Of a stretch of 63,352 bases of DNA, positions 56,622-63,352 are shown one piece after another. Location: contig CM119266.1 in NCBI GenBank assembly GCA_051294375.1, forward strand, positions 15,797,417 through 15,860,768. The letters are read 5' to 3'. Origin of the DNA: Paraspadella gotoi. Lineage: Eukaryota > Animalia > Chaetognatha. How positions within the stretch are numbered: the stretch's first letter is position 1; each line of letters starts with the position of its first letter. The position numbers and the translations under genes are program-made. Below the pieces are notes generated by a model, which saw only the letters and a program-made list of their open reading frames with translations, ran no database searches and was not told where the DNA came from.

Positions 56622-56750
<129 letters not shown>

Positions 56751-57410
56751 AAGAAATGGTTTTCAATCGAAAGTGACCCGTGGAGGTATAGAAAGGCGAT
56801 ATGGGCGATATCTACGATTCGTTGCCATAGAAAAGTTGAAAGAGATTTGATGCGATGCCATTTAAAGAAAAAAACGCGCTGTCGACAGCTTAATCCGGAA
56901 GAACGGAAACCCGAATGTAATTAGGAAGATTCACTTAACGAAAAGCGAAAAAAAAAATCCGGATTTTTATGACAAAACTGTTCGAAGGAAAAAAAAAATT
57001 TGGGAAAAAGAAATAATTTGCAACGAGACTCGCCACAAATTGGATTGAGGTTCGATAGAATCGAGGTTTTTTTTTTTCTCCGAGCAACGCCTTTCGTCTC
57101 ACCTCATCAATTTGTTTTATCCCGTTATATATTACTAACGGTTATTCTGGTTTAAAAATGAAAAATAAAAAAAAAACGAAACAATAAAACAAACAAGTGA
57201 CAAAGTAGTGAGCGAATCGTAGTTCCGTTTTCCAAATTTCCCAGTTTCACCGTTTAAATGTTTGTTTTTTTGGTTTTATTTAGTTTTATCTGCGGCGCGG
57301 TTGAGTTTTATCTCCTCCCTTTATTTACGAACAAATCACCTCAATAAAGCGGCCCTCATATTTCCTCCTTCAGAGTCAATAAATAAAATCGTGTCGCAAT
57401 CCCAATTATG

Positions 57411-57511
57411 CAGGTAGACCGACGACTGACGGTGTTGGTGAGGAAGAAGAAAGGAGGAGGAGGAGGAGGAAGAGGAAGAGGAGGAGGATGAGACAGGTGA
57501 GTCGGCAGGTG
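57411..57511. promoter_or_regulatory. Upstream E2-box cluster
   Basis: CAGGTA 57411, CAGGTG 57494 and CAGGTG 57506, about 10.7 kb upstream of the putative ZEB ATG. Confidence 0.25.
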
Positions 57512-58307
57512 AAACCGCGAACGAAGCGACATCTATAAGAAAAACCATCGAGTTGAAAAAACGACTGAATTTTCAAACTTCGGAGAATAAAAAAAAAATT
57601 ATGATATCCAAAACAAGGGGGAATTTTAGAAATTGTTTGAAATTTTTTCGTCGTAATACTATAAATTACTAAACATCAGAAATAAAACAATAACTTCGCT
57701 TAATTGTACTTAACCTAAAATGGAAAATGAATCATTGAGAGGTGGTCCAATAATACTCTTCGTTGATTCACTTTTCCTTTGCTGTTATGTCAGGCAAGCT
57801 TTGACTTAGAGATAGTGAGTGGGAGAGTCAGAAAAAGAGATAGAGAGAGAGAGAGAAAGAGAGAGTGTGTGTGATAGAGAGAGAGAGATTTGATATGATT
57901 TGTAATGCTCAAAAATGTGAAAATTAACAGTAATCGTTACAGAGCGATACTACTTAATCATATGTACATACAACGGGAAAGTATATCAAGAGAGAGAGAA
58001 AGAGAAAGAGACTGATAGAGATAGAAAAAGAAAAGACAGAAAGAAATAAATAAAAAAAGGAAGAAGTGAGGCGATCATTCTTCCTGTCTTTTTTTAGCTC
58101 TGTCTCTGTCACACACACGAGATAGAAGAAGGTAAAGTAATCTTATTATGAGGGTTGCCGGCTCCGATCACAAAACCTTAGCCTGGCTGAGTTCGTCGAC
58201 CGATTGCGTTTTGTTTATAAATTATCTCCAGGGGAGCGGGATGCGGGGTGTGGCCCGATCCCCACAGATCCAATTTCTCCTCTCTCTCTCTCTCTCTCTC
58301 ATTTTTT

Positions 58308-58396
<89 letters not shown>

Positions 58397-58402
58397 CACA
58401 CA

Positions 58403-58453
<51 letters not shown>

Positions 58454-58477
58454 TCTCACTCTCTCTCTCTCTCTCTC

Positions 58478-58535
<58 letters not shown>

Positions 58536-59638
58536 CTCTCTGTCCCCTACTTATTTAAAATTTTCAATAGAAAACTTATACAGGAGAGCGACACGGCCGA
58601 AGAGCTAATCCCTCGTATATTTTCTTTTGCATTAAAGTAATTAGGACGGCGTGATTCTATTTTCTTTTAAATTACTTATAGTTTTTTTAACTCAATCTTT
58701 GTGTACCTTTCCTGTGAGCACGAATGAGTGACCCTAGTTTCTCCGATTCAACCTGTGTGAACTTTTTTTTTACCTTCGAGGATAAAAAAAGGTTTCGAGC
58801 GAAAATACCCCCAAAAAAATGATTGTTTTCATATTTTGCTTTTTCTTTTTTCTTTTTTCTTTTTCATTTTTCTATTTTTTTTAGCTTTATTTCTTCTCTT
58901 TTTTCCTTTATTTATCCCACTCTCCCAGTTTTTCCTTTTATTTTTTCCTCCTTTTATTCTTCGTTTCATCCCCTTTCTCTCCTTAATTCCCTTTCTTCTC
59001 CCGTCACGGGACGTTTCTTGCCCTTTCGTCTGACCCCGGCCGCGTCCTGTGGCGCCGTGCGATGACCTTACCCGCCTCGGCTCCCGACCACCGCTGACCA
59101 ACGCGCGACAAAATTATGACCCTCACCTTTTTCCGAGAGATTGACCACGACGGACGCTGGAAAAACTGGTGGAGAGAAATCGCCGGGGAATATTGCGACT
59201 GTGTTAAGACGGAGAGTGTTAACGAAGTTAAGGTCGTTGACCGCAAAGAGTTATCTTCTTGGCCGAGAATCGCGTTTAATACAAGGAACAACGTTAATTG
59301 CATCCGCGGTAATGAAATTAAAGAAAAAAATTACGGTTATTAAATAATTACATCCTGTTCATTATGAAACAAGCTATTTTTAATATTTTTACGTATAACA
59401 ATCAAAAAAGGTTTAGTCTAAACCGATAACCATTATGTGAATAAAGACGACTTCTAAAGAGAAGCAGCAATTTCTATAAATAGAAAACGAAAAATCAGAG
59501 ATGGGTCGAGGATACATTAACCTCTTCGAGAGACGGATCAACCACCTGTTCTTTCTTTGGTTTACCCTCGGTCATCTCTACATATCTGAGTATCGGTTTC
59601 TCTCTCTCTCTCTNNNNNNNNNNNNNNNNNNNNNNNNN

Positions 59639-59895
59639 AAACCAAGAGAGAGATTATACCTATGAACAAGTTATTAGTCTTAGCGATTTATTTATTCTTT
59701 AATAATCTATTCCACCAATATAAAATGTACATTTTTCTAATAAATCCTAATGTATCCTTTACTAAAGGCGTTCAGATTATGTTTCGATTGTCTATGACTA
59801 AACGCATGATCATGTTGCAGTTTTAGATACAAAAAAAAAAAAACTTGGGGAAAAAAAAAAAAAAATTTAAAAAAGGAGGAAAAAACCAAAGGGGA
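59639..59895 (+). repeat. Direct repeat copy A (copy B at 63118-63352, truncated by the window end)
   Basis: Shared TCTATTCCACCAATATAAAATGT...AAGGCGTTCAG...GTTTCGATTGTCTA...CATGATCATGT, with indel-type differences. Confidence 0.9.
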
Positions 59896-59957
59896 AAAAG
59901 GGACAAAAAAAAACCCTTAAGTTGATAAGGTCGAGAATAAAAGAGAGAGAGAGAAGA

Positions 59958-60031
<74 letters not shown>

Positions 60032-60664
60032 AAGAGAGGAGAGAGAGAAAGAGGAGAAAGGGGAACGGGGACATTGGACGGAGAAGGTGAGGTCAACGAG
60101 AAAGGTCAGCGGGGGTCAATCGGTTCGACCCCCAGTCTCCCGCCTGTGCCGGTGTTGACGCCGCGGTCGCGTCAACGCGCTGCCTGGCGTTTAAAAGGGG
60201 GAAACCTTATTAAAACAGTGATCAGAGTGACTGAGAATGACCCGATAAGGATAACTCAGGAAGGGGGAGGTGAGGGGGGGGAGAATTGGCCATAGTCGCG
60301 GTGGCGATCGGAATGGCATCGACTGGGAAAAAAGTGGCATCGTCTACGGAATGGCATGACGCGTGAACGTCATTCGTAACCGAGACGAACGGAACAAAAA
60401 CTGCGTCGTTGACGTCGATCATAAAACGTCAGATTGAGAAGACGACGACATGCAACGACGATGACGTGTAGACGACGAATGATAAATATTGGCCGCGTCA
60501 TGAAAGAAACGATCTTCACAGTAACGGTTGTTAAAAAACCCTGACAAGAAATTAACAATGAAAAGTCACAGAATAATCATTTCGAAAGTTTTACATGGCT
60601 TCTTTTTAATTATCGTTTTTACATTTGTGCTATTGACAATCGGATACCTCATTCTCTCTCTCTC

Positions 60665-60665
<1 letters not shown>

Positions 60666-60701
<36 letters not shown>
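60666..60701. repeat. Poly-C homopolymer (36 nt)
   Basis: Uninterrupted C run inside a CT-rich tract. Its length may be unreliable. Confidence 0.85.
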
Positions 60702-60703
<2 letters not shown>

Positions 60704-61002
60704 TCTCTTCTCTCTCTCTCTACTCTCTCTCTGTCTCTCTTCATCTCTCTCTCTCTCTGCTTTTATCCCCTCATATCCTCCTCCTCTCCCTCCCCTCCAT
60801 CCGTTCTCTCTCATCTCCCACGTCTATTTTCCTCTTTCTCCCTCTTCTTCGCTCTCTCTCGCACGCTCAGATCTCCATCAGGTCTCATTTCCTCTCTTTC
60901 ACGCTTGCTGACGTACGCAACAGCTTCAAAAGGCGGCACCACGAGCCGAAATTCTGAGATCAATACCATCTGGCTCCTTCGGGTCTTTCCTCTGCCTTCT
61001 CC

Positions 61003-61528
61003 CTTCCCTCTCCTTTGCGAAGTCCAGTCATAAAATTCCATCATCGATAAAACGTCACTTTATCATACGACCAGTCACGCTCCCTTACCCGCGTCCCACC
61101 TACCTTTCCGACGTCTTCTCTATCTTCCTCTCTCAATATCTCCTGCTCTCTCTCCTTCTCTTCAGTCTCTCTTCTTCAGTCTCTAACTCCCTCTCTCTCC
61201 TTTTCCCTCTTCCTTCAGGGAACTTCAGCAGCGGGTCCAAAGGAAGAAAAAAAAAAACGCGGCAGTCGGTAGACGAAGAATCCGGACTAAAAATTTGAAG
61301 CACACTCTTGTAACGCGCAAACACGATGCCGGCCCTTTACCCTCGCCAACGTTTAAAAACAAGTTTCCATGAAATGAAATATTTTCAAAATTCTCGATGG
61401 AAGACGTCGCGTCGTTTATATTTCCTGAGTCATCTTTTCGGTGGTCAGTCAGCTCACGTGATTGAGCGAGGCAGATGACCTAAGGGTCACCCTCGTCTCA
61501 CCCTCTGGTGCCTCATTTACCTTTTTGT

Positions 61529-61560
<32 letters not shown>

Positions 61561-62057
61561 GAGAGGAGAAGAGAGAGAGAAGAAGAGAGAAGAAGAAGAG
61601 AGTCTCTCTCTCTCTCTCTCTACAAAAAGGTAAAGAGGCACGAGAGGGTGAGACGAGGGTGACCCTTAGGTCATCTGCCCTCCCTCGAATCACGTGACTG
61701 ACTGACCACCGAAAAGATGACTCACGGAAATAAAAACGCGACGTCTCCATCGAGAATGAAAATATTTCATTTCTTGGAAACTGTTTAAACATTGGCGAGT
61801 AAAGGCGCCGCATCGTGTTTGCGCGTTACAAGAGTGTGCTTCAAATTTTAGTCCGGATTCTCGCTGACCGACGCCGGTTTTTTTTTCTTCTTTGGACCCG
61901 CGCGTGAGTCCCTGAGAGAGAGAAAAAGAGAGAGAGAAAAAGAGAGAGAGAGGGAGAGAGAGAGAGAGGACGCCGGCGTAAGGGAGCGTGACTTGGTCGT
62001 ATGATAAAGTGACGTTTTATCGATGATGAATTTTTGACGATCGCAAGGAGAGGGAGG
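61003..62057. repeat. Spacer-less fold-back palindrome centred in a GA/TC microsatellite
   Basis: TTTACCTTTTTGTAG(AG)n flips at 61602/61603 to (TC)nTACAAAAAGGTAAA. The arms match out to CATCGATAAAACGTCACTTTATCATACGACC and GGTCGTATGATAAAGTGACGTTTTATCGATG. Confidence 0.92.
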
Positions 62058-63117
62058 ATTCCATTTCAAAACCTCTCTCTCTCTGCTTCTCTTCTCTCTC
62101 ATCTCTCTCTCTCTCTTCTCTCTTCTCATCTACTCTCTCCCGAATTCTCTATTTGTCCCTCTCCTTTCACCTCATCTTGCGGCTGTGGTCAGTTTTTCGT
62201 TCCATGTTCAAAAGAAATCCATTCAGCAATATAGACCAGAACGTGGAATCAAAAAAGCAACTCTCTCTTCTCTCTCTCATTCTCCTCTCTCTCCTCGTCT
62301 CTTCTCTCTCTTATCTCTCTCTCTCTTTCTCGTCTCCTCTCTCCTCCTCGTCTTTCCCTCTCTCCTCTCTCTCTCTCTCTCCTTCTCCATCCTCTCTCTC
62401 TCTCTTTCTCCTTCTTCTTCTCTCTTCTTCTTCTCTCTCTCCTCTCTCTCCTCCGTTATCTCTCTCTTGCTCTTTATATAAAAGAAGGTTGCTTCGGGGG
62501 ATTTCTTTTTGATCTCCTTCACTACTCATCTCTATATTTTGTTGTATTCTTTCCTCCATTCTCCATTATTCCTTTTATTTTTCACTTCGCCTTGACCGAT
62601 ATCATTTCTGCCGGACACGTACTGCTTCATTCGTTCTCAATTTCCATTCTGACCACCTTTTTATTTCTTCTATTTCTCGATTTATCTCTCTCCAAGACTC
62701 TCTTTACCATCTCAGCTTTGTCTTTCACTCGATATCTTCTTCTCACAACAAAAGAACAGTTCTCTGCTCATTTCGTACTCGTCTCTTCTCTTTCTCTCTG
62801 ATAGAAACAACACAGCACACCTTGTGAGATTCACATTAAATCTAAATTTTCTACTTAAAAAAAGAAGACGAATGCCTGAAATAAGTGAGAATCAACGTGA
62901 TTCGGGTTCCGTTCGCAAACACGGAAATCAGTGCGTTCGTCGTCGGTTCGCGTCGTCGTCGTCGTCGTACGTTCGCGTCCCGTCGTCCCACTGTTTGTGC
63001 TTTATTTTCGAAGTGAGTGTCAATGATTCATTCATCGGGTATAATTCGAATTTGTACGATCGTCCCGGAATTCCGGCAACACAGGAAAAACAAATTAATA
63101 TATTATCAAGTTAACAA

Positions 63118-63352
63118 AAACCATAGGTATAACTTGAACAGCTAGATAGTCCTTAGCGAATTTATTTATTTCTTAATAAATCTATTCCACCAATATAAAA
63201 TGTTAAACATGTTTCTATTAAATCTAATGTATCCTTACTTAAGGCGTTCAGGATTTGTTTCGATTGTCTATTGACTAACCATGATCATGTGGCAGTTTTA
63301 GAACAAAAAAAAAAATTGGGGAAAAAAATTAAAAGGAGGAAAAAAGAGGGGA
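63118..63352 (+). repeat. Direct repeat copy B of 59639-59895
   Basis: Same shared blocks as copy A, running to the window end. Confidence 0.9.

Noticed and set aside
59116-59343. 75-aa ORF MTLTFFREIDHDGRWKNWW...
   Set aside because: It is short, I recognise no family, there is no splice support, and overlapping frames are similarly open.

Overview
This is eukaryotic, almost certainly animal, draft-assembly DNA rather than prokaryotic sequence. It is AT-rich but CpG-rich, full of (AG)n/(CT)n and (GAC)n microsatellites, and has many N gaps. About a third of the window lies in three fold-back inverted duplications (~10.8-15.8 kb vs ~19.0-23.9 kb; 29.5-34.1 kb vs 34.25-38.84 kb; 61.0-62.06 kb) plus extra direct copies. 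The copies differ mostly by scattered 1-nt indels, which points to amplification or long-read chimeras rather than real palindromes. Nearly all listed ORFs are microsatellite read-throughs. The one recognisable coding signal is a minus-strand exon at 46664-46769 encoding ...RCGRRKQPNPKKKNDLN followed by a phase-1 GTGAGT donor. It resembles the N-terminal NuRD-binding-motif exon of ZEB/zfh-1 transcription factors. I found no zinc-finger or homeobox exon, so the left ~46 kb is probably a large intron. That intron holds dense clusters of ZEB-type E2-boxes (CAGGTG/CAGGTA), and plus-strand splice signals bracket the exon. Together these suggest possible autoregulation and an antisense transcript, both untested. 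No tRNA, rRNA, CRISPR array or transposase/reverse-transcriptase coding sequence was recognised.
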